Positions 13,456 to 26,353 of a DNA stretch of 47,599 nucleotides are shown in pieces; position 1 is the stretch's first letter, and every line of letters begins with the position of its first letter. This DNA is from Lama guanicoe (taxonomy: Eukaryota): positions 6,742,626 to 6,790,224 of the forward strand of contig MU054220.1 of NCBI GenBank assembly GCA_013239625.1, written 5' to 3'. The position numbers and the translations under genes are program-made. The notes under the pieces were generated by a model, which worked only from the letters and a program-made list of their open reading frames with translations, was not told where the DNA came from and made no database searches.

Positions 13456-16440
13456 TTGGTTTGGGCACTTTATTAGACCTGAATAATTGGAGCATCCTTT
13501 CTCCTTTGTCTCCTCTTCTGTCATCCTGTGACGTACACCTGCAGTCTTCCTCCTAGGCTGCCTTTCCCTAAATCTCTTCTCCCTCTGGGACAACGTCAGC
13601 CCTGGGATGTGCCCCTCAGCTTTGGTGGGTGGGACAGATACTCTCTGCATTTGGTTCCTCTGCGGAGGAGAGGGAGGAAAGTTTGTCTTGATCACATCCT
13701 CTCCTGAATATTTCAGGATGAAGCAGTTTCATTCGAAACATCTGAATCAATTAGGAAAAATCGTCTGTGTTTTATTTTGTTTACTCCTATAACTTTGTTT
13801 ACTCCTATAAGCAAAAACAAAAAAATATGTCACTGCTGAAATGTCAATGCCGGGAATATCCCATCTTGTTCACTTTAATTCTGTTAGGAGACACATGTTT
13901 AACCAAGGCTGTAAGCAGAAAACCTTCCATAAAGATAATTAAGTATGAAAGTAGATAAATGTATTAAACAATCTATGCCAATTCCAGGCGCACAGGATAA
14001 AATCCATTTAAAATGTTGTTTTTTCTGAACAAAGGAAACATGCCCAACTCTCTCTCTCTGGCCCAAGAATGTGTATTGCAATATAGCCACTCCCTGCATA
14101 ACATTTTAGATGTTCAGTATGAAGTAGTAGGTAAGGCTTTGAGATGGACTGCAAATCTATTTAGTTAACAGAATGTTTTCTACAAAAGAACTTTCTTTCC
14201 ATAACTATATATCCAAACTATTTCAGAAACAGACTGATTTCTAGACTTCTTGCATTTTCACAGAATTTTAAGAATTCACACCCTACAGACTTTATGAAGT
14301 TCCCTTTAAATCAAAGTTTTTAACACACAGGAATGGATGGCTCCCAGATATTTTAGAATACAGGTTTCAGTATAAAGTCGAGATATGAAATTCCATGTGA
14401 CTAGAATAGAGGAAGAAAAAAATAAAGATAAAATGGTCTCTGTTTCTGTATTTTGGTCCCTCAAAAGTAAATAATAATACAAAATAAAATAATGCTATAT
14501 TATAAAATATATCATAGTCACAGAACACGAAAAAATAAAAATGGTGAATGAAACTACCCTGAATCTGAGTGTTGATGTTGTGAAATGGGAGTCATAGCTA
14601 TAGTATTTGTCATCAATTTAAATTCTCTAAGTTAATTTTTTTCTTAAAGAATTTATTCTGAGCAGTTCTCCAGCCAAAGCAGGAAGGCGTTTATAGGCAT
14701 GGTGGCCACACCCAAGTCACATCCTAAGATTTATAAATGGGCAGCTAATTATAAAATACCTCTTGCAAAACATGCAGGCTAACACCATTTTCTCTGGCAA
14801 CATTCCATGTAAAAATAAATAAAAATTATAGATTGAGTGAATTAATGTCTCATGGAGCTCACTGGTTAGCTGAATGCTGTGAAATAATTCTAAAACACAC
14901 TTCCTAGAAAGGTCCTAAGCAAGACTTTGCCAACATGGTAAGTGGGCCAAGCCACTGCAATCCACTGCATGTAGATGGTGAGCTGATTAACCTGATGTTA
15001 TAATGCAAAACAAAAATAGTATCTTCACTGTGCCCTTTTGGTTACTGCTTTAAAGGTAGAGAAGGAATAGGGATGAATAATAGACCTAATAAGGAAATAT
15101 TTCATTGGGTTTTTCATTATAGTAAAAACATCTCAGCAGAGAGGTAAAATGCACTTACTGAATTTGCCAGAATGGAGATGTGATTGTTGGAACAGTTTAG
15201 GTACTTTATAATTCATTTTGCACTAATCTCTTCTTTGAAATCTGAGACCAAGGAAGAAAAGAAATCCTTCCTTTCATGATACAGTTGGAGGACACAGAAA
15301 ATGGTCTTTATTTCCAGACAGTTTGGATTATGAGTTTCATTCTGACAATCATTTTGAGCATAGAAATGGAAGTGTCAGCTATTAAAAGGAAATTAAGTCC
15401 CAAATCGCAATTACAACATTAACTTTAGTTACTATAGCAATAGGGGGAAATCATTTTCTAAACATTTGTCTTAGGATATGCCTTTTTTATATTCAGCTAA
15501 TTTAGCTCTTGCCTTCCAATGTAAACGTGATCTGCAGTTGTTTTTATCAAGGCCAAAAAAGTCATGGGACTGACCAGTCAACTTAAAAACACAGAAAATG
15601 TATAAGCTGAATTTCTAGTTAGACTGTTTCATTAAGTAGCTCTGTGTTTGCTCCCACAAGAATATTTCAAATATTGAAACTTCTGCAAGTTCGTCAAGTG
15701 TAGCAACAAAGCTATACTGGAAAATAGAAGCATTGTATGGAGAGTATTACAAGTATTTTTAGCGAAAAGTGTCTACAGCTGATGGAAATGGAAAACAGAG
15801 AATGAACAACTCCCCATTATTACAAATAACGTGGGTTAAGGCTCACTGAAGACCTGGACCAAGCTCACTTATCCAGATGAGCTCAGTTATTAGGCAGATC
15901 TGTGGTGGGTCCCCATTTGAGAACACGGGGGTGCAGCTCTGGCCACACATGTGGCCCTTTTTTTTCAATCAGTGCAACAGCAGTGCTACTGTAAAGGTTG
16001 GCAATGTTTGGCAAAGCGTTGTAAGATTCCTCCGGAGTGAGAAAACCCTCTATTCCTTCTTTGTCAGGAAACTGAGCTGAAGCATTAATAGAGTGATGTT
16101 AGTGCTTCTTGGCTCCAGAGGAAAAAAAAAAAATAAAGAGTTACAACAATTGGCTATCCTTTAATCAAACACTGTTAAGTGGTTAATACTGCCAGGTTTC
16201 CTACCACCTGGAAACCTTTTTCTTTCCTGTAAGCCAGTTGCTTCTAAGAGAATACAGTTTCAGGAGTAGAGTAGTTTAGGGGTAAGAGATGGTATTTTGA
16301 GACACTGAGTAAGGAGATCACTCCTGAAAAACAAGAAAAAACAGCAATGATGAGGAGGGACCAGTTATCAACAGATAGAAAGGAACATCTTGTTGCTGTG
16401 TAAAATCACTTTAACTGGTTTTACTTGAATTGTGATATTC

Positions 16441-16991
16441 TTTTTTTTTTTGTCTTGTTTTATTGAAGTATAGTTGATTTACAATGTTGTGTTTGTTTCT
16501 GGTAAACAACATGGTGACTCAGATATATATATACATATATATATATATATAGTTTTTCATATTCTTTTTCATTGTAGGTTATTACAAGTTGTTGAATATA
16601 GCTCCCTGTGCTATACAGTAGGACCTTGTTGTTTATTCTGTATATAGTAGTTTGTTTCTGCTAATCCCAAACTCCCAATTTATCCCTCCCCCACCCTTTT
16701 TTCCCCTCGGTAACCATAAGTTTGGTTTCTTTGTCAGTAAGCCTGTCTCTATTTTGTAAATAAGTTCATTTGTATCCTTTTTTTTTTTAAGATTCCACAT
16801 ATAAATGATATATGATATTTGTCTTTCTCTGTCTGGCTTAATTCACTTAGTATGATAATCTCTGAGACCATCCATGTTGCTATAAATGGCATTATTTCAT
16901 TTTTTTATGACTGAATAGTATCCTGTTGTGTATATACACCACATCTTCTTTATCCAATCATCTGTTGATGGAAATTTAGGTTGCTGCCATC
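16441..16991 (-). mobile_element. 5'-truncated cetartiodactyl-type L1 (3' UTR plus end of ORF2) with 11-bp TSD
   Basis: Poly(T) head, then tattgaagtatagttgatttacaatgttgtg, ccctgtgctatacagtaggacc and cacttagtatgataatctct. Perfect direct repeat tgtgatattct at 16431-16441 and 16992-17002. Confidence 0.92.
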
Positions 16992-18529
16992 TGTGATATT
17001 CTCGATCTTCTCTTCTTCAGTGTTCTCTTAATGTCGAGTTGGTGGTGTAGGAATGCACTGAATTAACCTACCTTGGGCAGAATATTCAGATCACTGGAAT
17101 GTGTTTGCCGCACTCTCCCACCACTTTTCTTCTTCCTACCTAGCTACCACCTATATTCTATATCCGGCTGTGATGCCCTTAAATTTTCAATCATGCCAAG
17201 ACTCAGTTCTGTGCTCTAAACTTAGCTTTCCTTTTTTCCATATCACCACTCACCCTGTTCAGTCCTCTGATCATTGCTAAGAGGACCACATTTGTTTAAC
17301 ACACTAATTGTACCTGAGTTTTGAATGATATTCAGAGCCTAATTCCTAAATGATCTCAGGGATGCTCATAATTGAAAATCAGGTCAGTAGATGATCCAAA
17401 CAGTTCTTGCATTTGACTTTCCTTTCTTTTGACCTTTAGAGCTTTCTGAATACACCTGAATGAGAGTAGATCTTTGGGGAAATGTTTGTGCATGGACTAA
17501 GATTTGTTTTTGCCTTTTTTGCTACAGTCAAGTCAAAGAACATGGTAATTGCTCAATCTGTCTAAAGCAAAAAAGTTGACACATGCAGCTGTTATCCCCT
17601 TAGATAAGGCTTCCCACGTCGAATATCATTAATCCGTCTCGGCATTCACTCTCTCCGAATTCAGACAAGACCTTAGAATCCTTCTCAGTTAAGCCTTTCA
17701 CCCAGTCACTAACAGATCATCAAAAAGTGCCACCCCTGCTTACAGTGGTGTGTATGTGTGTGTGTAGTTGAGTGGTTGAGGCAAAGAAATGTACCTCTGT
17801 ATGCCCACTCACCTTTTCCTTTAACTAGGACTAAATGTTAACAACCAACTGCTGTATCAACTCCATCATAGAGATGGTTTTAAGACTAAACTAACTATGT
17901 GGGTTCAAGATACTACTTCCAGCAGGAAACAGAACAGAATGGATATTGATTTATGACTTAGGCAGAAAGAAATGTTATAAAATGGGCCTTTGGGTGAATT
18001 GTTCACTTCTCCATCTCCTTTGATTAACATAAGGGTCCATAGTATGTTAATATCCCTTGATGCATTAGCTCATGCCAGCTCTTATTCAAAATCTATCACA
18101 TTTAAGACACCTATATTTACCCCTTAAACTATCCAAAGTAGAAATATATTAAACATATTTTTATTAAATGTTTTCTAATTCATTATGAACTGAATTCTCA
18201 GTTGGTACCAGAAATTTTCCATTCTTTTTCAATATTTGTAACTGAAGATCCTAGGTGAAAGATGATGTTTGAAAATGTGGAATAGTTTTATTCCTGTTAA
18301 TTATGCTATCACCTTGCTATTCTGGATTGAAAGACCTTACCTATCCTTTGATTTTATGATAAATTATCTTTATTCTTCATAGGCCAAATGGTTTTTCCTA
18401 TCCTTCTGAGTTTTCTCCCCTGTTAAATTCTATCTATACCTTAAAGTATTAAAGTATACCATGACACACAAAACAAAGCAAAAGGAACCTGAAGGAAATT
18501 ACATTTATTTCATTTCTCTTGTATGTCAG

Positions 18530-18735
18530 CCATGATGCTGAACATATTAATATTGTTTCATATGTTGTCTCATCTAACTTTTATTTTAAACATTTGTGGG
18601 GTCACATAATTATCCCGGTTTGCAGATAAATAATGGGTGGCTTAGAAGGGGGTCTTAAATGATGTGCCCAGGGCCACAAAACCAGTACTTGAAGGGAGTG
18701 GTTTGGAACTGAGACCCAACTTTCTCCAAAGACCA
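18530..18735 (-). mobile_element. MIR SINE
   Basis: attatcccggtttgcagataaataa...gtgcccagggccacaaaaccagta. Confidence 0.6.
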
Positions 18736-18887
18736 AATCAGTAAGAACGGATCCTAAATACATAATTTCAGTTCATCAGGATCTTTAGGTTATATGATGG
18801 TTTATACCGAGTCGTGGTAATTAATTACCTTTTAGAAATGGGACATTTCTTAAGAAATTCTAATAGATAAAATGAATCTTTCTTTTG

Positions 18888-19315
18888 TAATAGTCTATTT
18901 GCAGCAGTAGGTAACAGAAAACCATGATTAAAAACTGGAACTCTAGATGTAGGTCTGGTTTCAGGTTTGGGTGATTGAATGATCCAATCATATCAAGATC
19001 CAAAACTATTTCTGTCAACCTGTTTTTCCTTTGGTTGCCTTTTATATTCAGATCAGTGGCAAGATGGCTGTGGCACCTCCAGATCTATCAATGTCCAAGG
19101 GAAAGGCAGGGGACCATTTACTTGTGTTACTTTCTTCACAGGATGTGGAACGATCCCTGGCAGATAGTCCCACCTTGCCTCATTAGTCAAATTAGGTTGC
19201 ATTTCTCTTCCTTTACCAATCATTGAAATGGAAATGAGATTACTATGTTTGGTTTAGGGCAAGCAATCAAGATTTAAACAAATCAATGTTGCAGAATCAA
19301 CCACTATATTTGCAA
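18888..19315 (-). mobile_element. Very old MaLR LTR remnant (MLT1K/L-like)
   Basis: gtaacagaaaacc, ggcaagatggctgtggcacctccag, ctcattagtcaaattaggttgcat and taccaatcattg motifs occur in the order expected for MLT1. Confidence 0.55.
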
Positions 19316-19566
19316 AGACACAGATTTTTCTATGCCCCATGTAGATTTTTCAAGGGCCATTTTAATCTCTCTCTGCTGAGCAAGGCCATTCATTTATTGG
19401 CCAAAAAAAAAAAAAAAAAGAAGAAAAAAAATTGTGAGCACCAAGACTCTGTATTTGTCTTATAAATGTATGTTTCTATACTTTGTTCAGTTTATTCTGT
19501 CCTACTAAAGTTCTCATACTCTCTAAACACTCAGTTGTCCCAGGTATCAAAAGGAGATAAAAATGG

Positions 19567-19640
19567 TACTTAGCCATATGAAATTGCCAATATTTTGCCA
19601 TATTAAACTTGCAAAAATAACTGTTTAATATGCCTACTCT
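19567..19640. mobile_element. MADE2-like mariner MITE remnant
   Basis: ccatatgaaattgccaatatt matches the recalled MADE2 terminal repeat; the right arm is decayed. Confidence 0.45.
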
Positions 19641-20254
19641 GTGAATGCCACCATTTCAGTGAGATAAATACTTCTGAAATGTTGAAAGCTGTGCTTGGCA
19701 AACAGCTCTTATGGAGTGAATGGTTTAAGAATCTGCATAAACTTGTTTTGAACAGTTGTTTGGAGCCTTGCTAATGTTAAAAAAAAAGTTTCCCTAGGTT
19801 TACTGCTTACATTTGTCAGAGGTAGAGAGAGTAGAAAAAGCTGTGTGCCTTTAATTGCTTAGAAAAATTGCAGTTCATCCCAGAGAGAGAATCCAAACTT
19901 TAGTTATTTATTAATTAGCTTGGGTTTTTTGGAAATTGTTGAGAATAATGATGTGTAAGATAAAGTGAAAACAGAGCGTCATTAGGGAATGTCAGCCAAT
20001 CAGGAGGCAAGTAGTATTTGAAATAGAAGAATGATTCCAGGGAAAGGAATCTTAGGGTCCCTGGGATGCGAGGAGTTCCCAGTCAGTCATCTGGGCTATA
20101 GGCTTTTTGACGTTCAAGGGCTAAAAGAAAGTCAGGGCATCTAAGGAAAAAGAGCAGAAGAATAAGGTGGACCAGGAAGGCCAATTGGCTGCCTTCATGG
20201 GGGTGAATATAGGTAGTAATCTTGGTCATTCAGGGTCAGTTTGCCCCTAGGCAA

Positions 20255-20438
20255 GTAGCTCTAGCACAATTAGAATCACCTGGAGGGCATGTTAAACCTG
20301 ATTGTTGGGCCCCAGCTATTGAGTTGCAGATTCAATAGGTCTGAGGAGCTCTGTAGGGTGGTGGCGGGTTGGCAGGGAAGGGGTGGGGGGAGGTAAAACA
20401 AGTTCGCAAGTGATTCCAGTGTCTCTGAGAACCACTGA
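20255..20438. mobile_element. MER5A-like hAT MITE
   Basis: ttagaatcacctggagggcatgttaaa, gattgttgggcccca, gattcaataggtctg, and the end tgagaaccactg. Confidence 0.8.
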
Positions 20439-21115
20439 CTGCTCCACCATTAGGCTAGTTTGTTTGTAGGGCAGCACAGCCAATTTCATTTTTGTTGTTG
20501 TTCTGTACCAATCAGTGGGACAAGAGCTGAAGATAGTTAGGCCTTTATTGCTGTCTGTAAAGACATTCTGCAGAATATTAAGAGCAGTTTCTGGGACATG
20601 AGGAGATCCATAAAAGGATGCAAGAGACTTGAGAGACGTATAGGCTAATTGTGACAGAGTTTAGTATTCAGAGTTCAGCATCTGGCACCTGAGTTCTGCA
20701 TTTGATTTGCAGTGTCCCTCCCCCCGCCCCAAAATAGTAGTAACTGATAACAGAGTAATAACATCAAGCATTGCAGTCCAAGCACGTAACACTCTTACAC
20801 AGTGAAGTACAAGGAAGGGGTAGTAATTTACAACCCAAGTCTGAACAAGTGCAGGAGACATCACGGCTCCTCACCGGACCGCAGCATGTGTGTAACGTCA
20901 GACAAGGGAGATGCAGCAGGAACAGGCGTGAACCAGTAAGAAAGGAGAGCCTGACGTGGAGTTGCCAGAGAACTGAGTAAATTCTCCCCAGCGCCCCTTT
21001 AGTATGGCTTAGCCAGTGTTTACTACGCAGCGTTGGTCATCTTGGGTGGCTTACTCTAAGAGAAAACATGCTTTCTCAGAACTTTATCATCTTGCGTTTC
21101 TGTTGCCTCCCGGGC

Positions 21116-21536
21116 TGCATTGGTCTGCTTCCTGCTTGGGCCGCCATAACAAAATAGCAGAGACTTGGTTGCCTAAACAGTAGAAATTCATTTCTCACAT
21201 TGTTGGAGGCTAGCATTCCAGATCAAAGTGCTGGTAAGGCAGGTTTCATTCCGAGGCCTCTCCTCTTGGCTTGTGGTGGCCGCCATCTTGCCGTGTGCTC
21301 ACATGACCTCTTCTTTGGTGCAAGTGAGGGAAAGAGAGAAAGAGAGAGAGCACTAGCTAGCTCTCTGGTGCCTCTTCTTCTAAGAACACTAATACTGTCA
21401 AATCAGGTCCCTGCCTTTTTGACCTCATTTAACCCTAACTATTTCCTTAGAGGGCCCATCTCCACATAAAACCACATTGGAGATTAGGGATTCAGTATAT
21501 GAATTGGGAGGGGGTAGTAGACATCATTCCATTACA
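21116..21536 (-). mobile_element. MLT1A-type MaLR solo LTR with 5-bp TSD
   Basis: TG...CA ends; gccataacaaaatagc, ttcatttctcacattgttggaggctag, gacctcatttaaccctaactatttcct. Flanks are cgggc (21111-21115) and caggc (21537-21541). Confidence 0.88.
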
Positions 21537-23029
21537 CAGGCCATGGGAAGACATAAGATAAGTCTTATTACACAAAGATTAGGAAATAGGCTAAAAATGA
21601 TATAAACTGGACCATCAATCCTGACTTTTACCAATGAAGTATACTGATTTTGACTTAGCAATTAGGAAGATTACTCTATTTCCTTAGATCAGCCAAACAC
21701 AATTCAGAATTCTACTAAAGAACAAGTAAAACTTTAGTAGTAATATTTTAACTGTATAGGGTGATAAAGGTGCAATGGATCAATAGATATTTATTTTAAA
21801 ACCATGTGAATTATATATCTTGCTATATTTTCTAAATTTCAATGCTCCCATATATGATCAGTATATGAATAAAATGTCTGTTCCTGTGAAGGTGGTAATG
21901 TTTTTGTGGCCTTTTCCTGTTTGTTAATTTTAATAATAAGAAAAGAATTTGACTGACAACTAGTAAATGAAGAGAAGAGATGAAAAGTCCATTTGATTCT
22001 CAGAGCATGAATACAAAACAAAAAAATCACGAATATTAAGAAGTCTCAGTAAAGCATATTTTCTGATTTTTTTCTTTTCCTTTCTGCTCTTTATTTATCA
22101 ACCTTTGACTTGAAAGTGGATTCTTTTCCAAAACTTTTTTAATTTTTTTAAGTCAAACATAACTCCAACAAAAAGAAATTTTATTTAACTAAAAAGAGAA
22201 ATAGGAACTGATCAAAATTCATTTACCAGTTCAAGGAAATCAGAAGCAGTGATATATCACCAGATGGTAAATGGATCAGTGTTACCTCTAATGGTGTTTA
22301 CTATTTTCAACTCAATGTTATTTGCAATTTTTATGTTATTTGGGTTTCCAAGTATTTCATTTATTGCAAAAATTCATTAGGCACAACTCTAAAATCTGCT
22401 TTTTATATTCTATTCCTTCCAATGCAGAATTTATAGAAGTGCTGAAAAATCAGTTTTGTAGTTGAAGGAGGGGTGGTTGGAGTAAATTATACAATCAAGT
22501 GCCCGGTAGTAAAATAAAGAATAGAAATAATTTGGTAGGATGAAGGCTGGTGGTTTGGGAGATGTGTTGGGTAATAAATGGAAACAATATCATTGTGCAT
22601 CTATCTTTTGATATATATTAAATGTGTATATATATATTTAGAATTTGTTTTGCTCTAAAAAGAGTTTGCTGTCTTAATACTATCGTGTTGATTACTGCCA
22701 CTGTAAGATTTCCCCTAGGGTTTTATCATGAGTGTTATGAACTCTCTCTTCACATTAAATGTTGATAGAAGTGATACAGGTACACATATCTTACTTAGGT
22801 TTTTGGCACTCTTTAGAAATTTAATTTAGTTTCTGTGTAAGTAATTTTCATATTTTTTCCCCATGTAGTCAATCACTTTTCATTCTCATTTTATGCCTAT
22901 TACAGAAAGAAGTCAAAGGTTTTATGGATACTAGTGACTTACACTTAGTAATGAGTTTTAACAATTTTGTATCACTTTTTAGCTATTTTTCAGCTTAAAT
23001 ATTAATCAATTTTGAATATTTCAAAAATC

Positions 23030-23230
23030 AGTGTTGGATTGTTATATTTCACTATTCTCTCAACGTGCTTTGAAGATAGAGGTGACAAGGCTTGTCGATA
23101 AACTTGACTTGGGATGTAAAGTAAAGAAAAGGGGGGGGTTGATCTTTGTTGTTGTTTTGCTTAAGCTCCTTGAGAGAATACAGTTCCCATTTACTGAAAA
23201 TGGGGACGGTCATGGGAGGAAGGAAAACAA
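23030..23230 (-). mobile_element. L2 fragment
   Basis: tttgaagatagaggtgacaaggcttgtcgataaacttga...cccatttactgaaaatgggga. Confidence 0.55.
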
Positions 23231-25002
23231 GTAACAGTATACTTGTTTTACAGCACCATAGGGTGTTTCTTTCTCTAACCTGTAACCTGTGTCAGAACCA
23301 GTCTTGATTTTTTCTAGATGTTCCATAATTTTGACTCTGGAAGGAAATTATTTTTAAGAGGATTAGAGAATAGACACCATCGGCAGAATTTATTTCTCTT
23401 CAACAGCTGACATCTGTCCATACTTCCCTTATTGGTAAGGCAGTAACCCTGTGAGTAAGTCATTGCTTTGGCCTTTAACAATTCTGAAGATCAGTTAACA
23501 GCAAGGATGCTTTCCACCTCCAGACAGCTAATAGCCATAAAAGAGTCAAGAATAATGAATGCCCTTTTTGGAAAATTCAATTGCTTTCTGCCTCTTGGCC
23601 AGTTTACTTTATCTTAAATGATGCCATGTTTTAACTCTGGGCTGAGAGAGTTTTGAAATAAGTCATGAATGATTACAGCAAATAGTATCTCATATCTGGA
23701 AGTTGAACACACAATAGAAAACTTTTGTATAAAACATAAGAAAAACATGGAAATACATAGAGGCAATGCTGCATTTGTATATTTGACAGGGAAACTAAAT
23801 GATGAAAAGTGTTACATCCAAAAATAACAAAGTTGATGGTGTCTCCTACCCATTTACCCTCCTCTAAGAATGTATTTTGGGGGAAATATTTAAATCAACT
23901 GTTACAAATGCATCCTCATTCCTATTTCCTCCCTTAAAATCTTGAAGAAAGATAAAATTTCTTCTGATCATCGTGTAGAAATGAATGATCGACTGGATTA
24001 ATGAAGAGACACTTTATCTTTTGTAATAAATATGATAAATGGCTTATAAACATGAATAACTTCTGGGAGTTTTCACTAACTTTACATTTTTACTGTATTC
24101 CAAAGTTAAACATTCGAAATGAGAAATTTGGAAAAAGAAAAAAAAAGAAGATGTATTTGGGTCCGATACTGCCACTCATATACCTCCAAATATGTGTTTA
24201 TCTTATAAAAACAAACTTCTTGGACCAATTGAGCAGACTTTGTATACTTGTAGATCTAGAAAGAGTCATTCATGTTCATTGCCAGGCTAGCTTACTTACA
24301 TAAGGGAAAAAATGGGAACACTGGGGAATGTTTACCTTAAAAGAGTCCAGGTGTTAACTACCCAGGTGGATGGATAGATCAGATGAAATTCTGAATATAC
24401 ATTTTTCATGAAGTGAGTGGCCAGATCCCAGAAGGAGGTATTCTGAGAGACAAACATTTTAATCAGGATTGAAAATATTGAGAAAGAATTAAAAATGCCA
24501 AATAAATTTTCAACCATTTCAATTAGCCAAAGCCATCTGAAATCCTTTATGAAAACAAGAAAATAAAAACATGTGGAAATAATTCTGTCATTCCATTTTA
24601 GAATTCTAGAACTACTACTCATTGAGAAAGATTTGAATGTCGCAAGGAGGTAGAGTTTCTAGTTCCTTTGGAGCCCTCAGGAAAATGACATAGAAAATGC
24701 CAGCAGGGGTATCTACTTCCAATGGTATCCTTTTCACAATAAATTCCAAAGCCAGCCAATGTTTGAGGTTATTTTGGCTCTAGTGGACACATTTAATAAA
24801 ATCTGTCATTTTCAGTAGTATTGTTATGTGTTTACAACTCTAAAGTATATTCTTTCCAAAAGAGCAAATGAACAGCTTTGTGCATGACTGTGTGGTATGT
24901 TTGACACTCAGTGGTCATTTTCTGTCTAGAATCTCAGGGATTTCAGTAGTTCTGATCATCTCCTCAATATCCCAGTTTGTTTGGCTATCAAATAAGTAAA
25001 CA

Positions 25003-26353
25003 TTTTTTTTCTTATTATGTCATATGAACTGTTTATATATTCTGGAGATCAAGCCTTTGTCAGTTTCATCGTTTGCAAAAATTTTCTTCCATTCCATAGG
25101 TTGTTGTTTTGTTTTACTTATGGTTTCTTATGCTGTGCAGAAGCTTGTAAGTTTAATTAGGCCCCATTTGTTTATTCTTGCTTTTATTTCTATTGCTTGG
25201 GTAGACTGCCCTAGGAGAACATTTTTGAGATGTATGTCGGATAATGTTTTGCCTATATTTTCTTCTAGGAAGTTTATTGTATCTTGTCTTATGGTTAAGC
25301 CTTTGATCCATTTTGAGTTTATTTTTGTGTATGGTGTAAGGGAGTGTTCAAGCTTCACTGATTTACATGCTGCTGTCCAGTTTTCCCAACACCATTTGCT
25401 GAAGAGACTGTCTTTATTCCTTTGTATATTCTTGCCTCCTTTGTCGAAGATTAGTTGACCAAAGGTTTGTGGGTTCATTTCTGGGCTCTCTATACTGTTC
25501 CATTGGTCCATATGTCTGTTTTTGTACCAATACCATGCTGTCTTGATGACCTTAGCTCTATAGTATTGTTTGAAGTCTGGGAGGGGCATTCCTCCAGTCT
25601 CTTTCTTTTTCTTCAGTAATGCTTTGGCAATTCTAGGTCTTTTGTGGTTCCGTATAAATTTTATTATGATTTGTTCTAGTTCTGTGAAATATGTCCTGGG
25701 TAATTTGATAGGCATTGCATTAAATCTGTAGATTGCCTTGGGCAGTGTGACCATTTTAGCAATATTGATTCTTCCAATCCAAGAGCATGGGATATCTTTT
25801 CGTTTTTTAAAGTCTTCTTTAATTTCCTTCATCCATGGTTTATAGTTTTCTGTGTATAATTCTTTCACCTCCTTGGTTAGATTTATTCCTAGGTATTTTA
25901 TTACTTTGGGTGCTATTTTAAAGGGGATTGTTTCTTTACTTTCTTTTTCTGTTGATTCATCATTAGTGTAAAGAAATGCATCTGATTTTTGAACATTAAT
26001 CTTGTAACCTACTACCTTGCTGAATTCTTCGATTAGTTCTAATAGTTTTTGTGTGCACCTTTTAGGGTTTTCTATATATAATATCATGTCATCTGCAAAT
26101 AGTGACACTTTAACCTCTTCTTTTCCAATTTGGATCCCTTTTATTTCTCTCTTTTGCCTGATTGCTGTGGCTAGGACTTCCAAGACGATGTTGAATAGGA
26201 GTGGTGATAGTGGGCAGCCTTGTTTTGTCCCAGATTTTAGTGGGAAGCTTTTGAGTTTTTTACTGTTGAGTACTATGCCACCTGTAGGTTTGTTATATAT
26301 GGCTTTTATAATGTTGAGATATGTTCCCTCTATACATACTTCGGTGAGAGTTT
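25003..26353 (-). mobile_element. Young L1, inverted 5' segment (ORF2 reverse-transcriptase region)
   Basis: The minus frame is open from about 26351 to 25128 and reads ...[28 protein letters not shown]...LFADDMILY...KYLGINLTK...WCWENW. There is a premature stop at 25128, but L1 homology continues to about 25003. Confidence 0.97.
25128..26351 (-). pseudogene. L1 ORF2p fragment (RT motifs QGCPLSP, FADD, YLG); truncated, with no endonuclease domain
   Basis: The 351-aa ORF in the track plus about 56 in-frame upstream codons that I translated by hand. It has no native start and ends at a premature stop. Confidence 0.93.

Noticed and set aside
9023..16226. Short palindromes (cccactagtggg at about 9023; atggattt-atg-aaatccat at about 11642; ggccaca-ca-tgtggcc at about 15941; aggtttcc...ggaaacct at about 16194)
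   Set aside because: Stems of 6-8 bp are expected by chance in 47 kb, and none resembles a pre-miRNA or other structured RNA.
17807..17975. Minus-strand donor AAG/GTGAGT with a possible acceptor near 17957
   Set aside because: The putative exon is rich in stop codons, the acceptor is weak, and it runs against the inferred host strand.
12159..19431. Isolated poly(A) runs (about 12159, 16123 and 19403) as tails of processed pseudogenes
   Set aside because: I found no upstream mRNA-like or SINE body and no TSDs.
25024..25458. 144-aa hydrophobic plus-strand ORF resembling a membrane protein
   Set aside because: It is the antisense shadow of L1 ORF2.
25128..26183. Reverse transcriptase as a retron, DGR, group II intron or domesticated gene
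   Set aside because: It is ordinary L1 ORF2p sequence, truncated, with a premature stop, and sits inside an L1 insertion.
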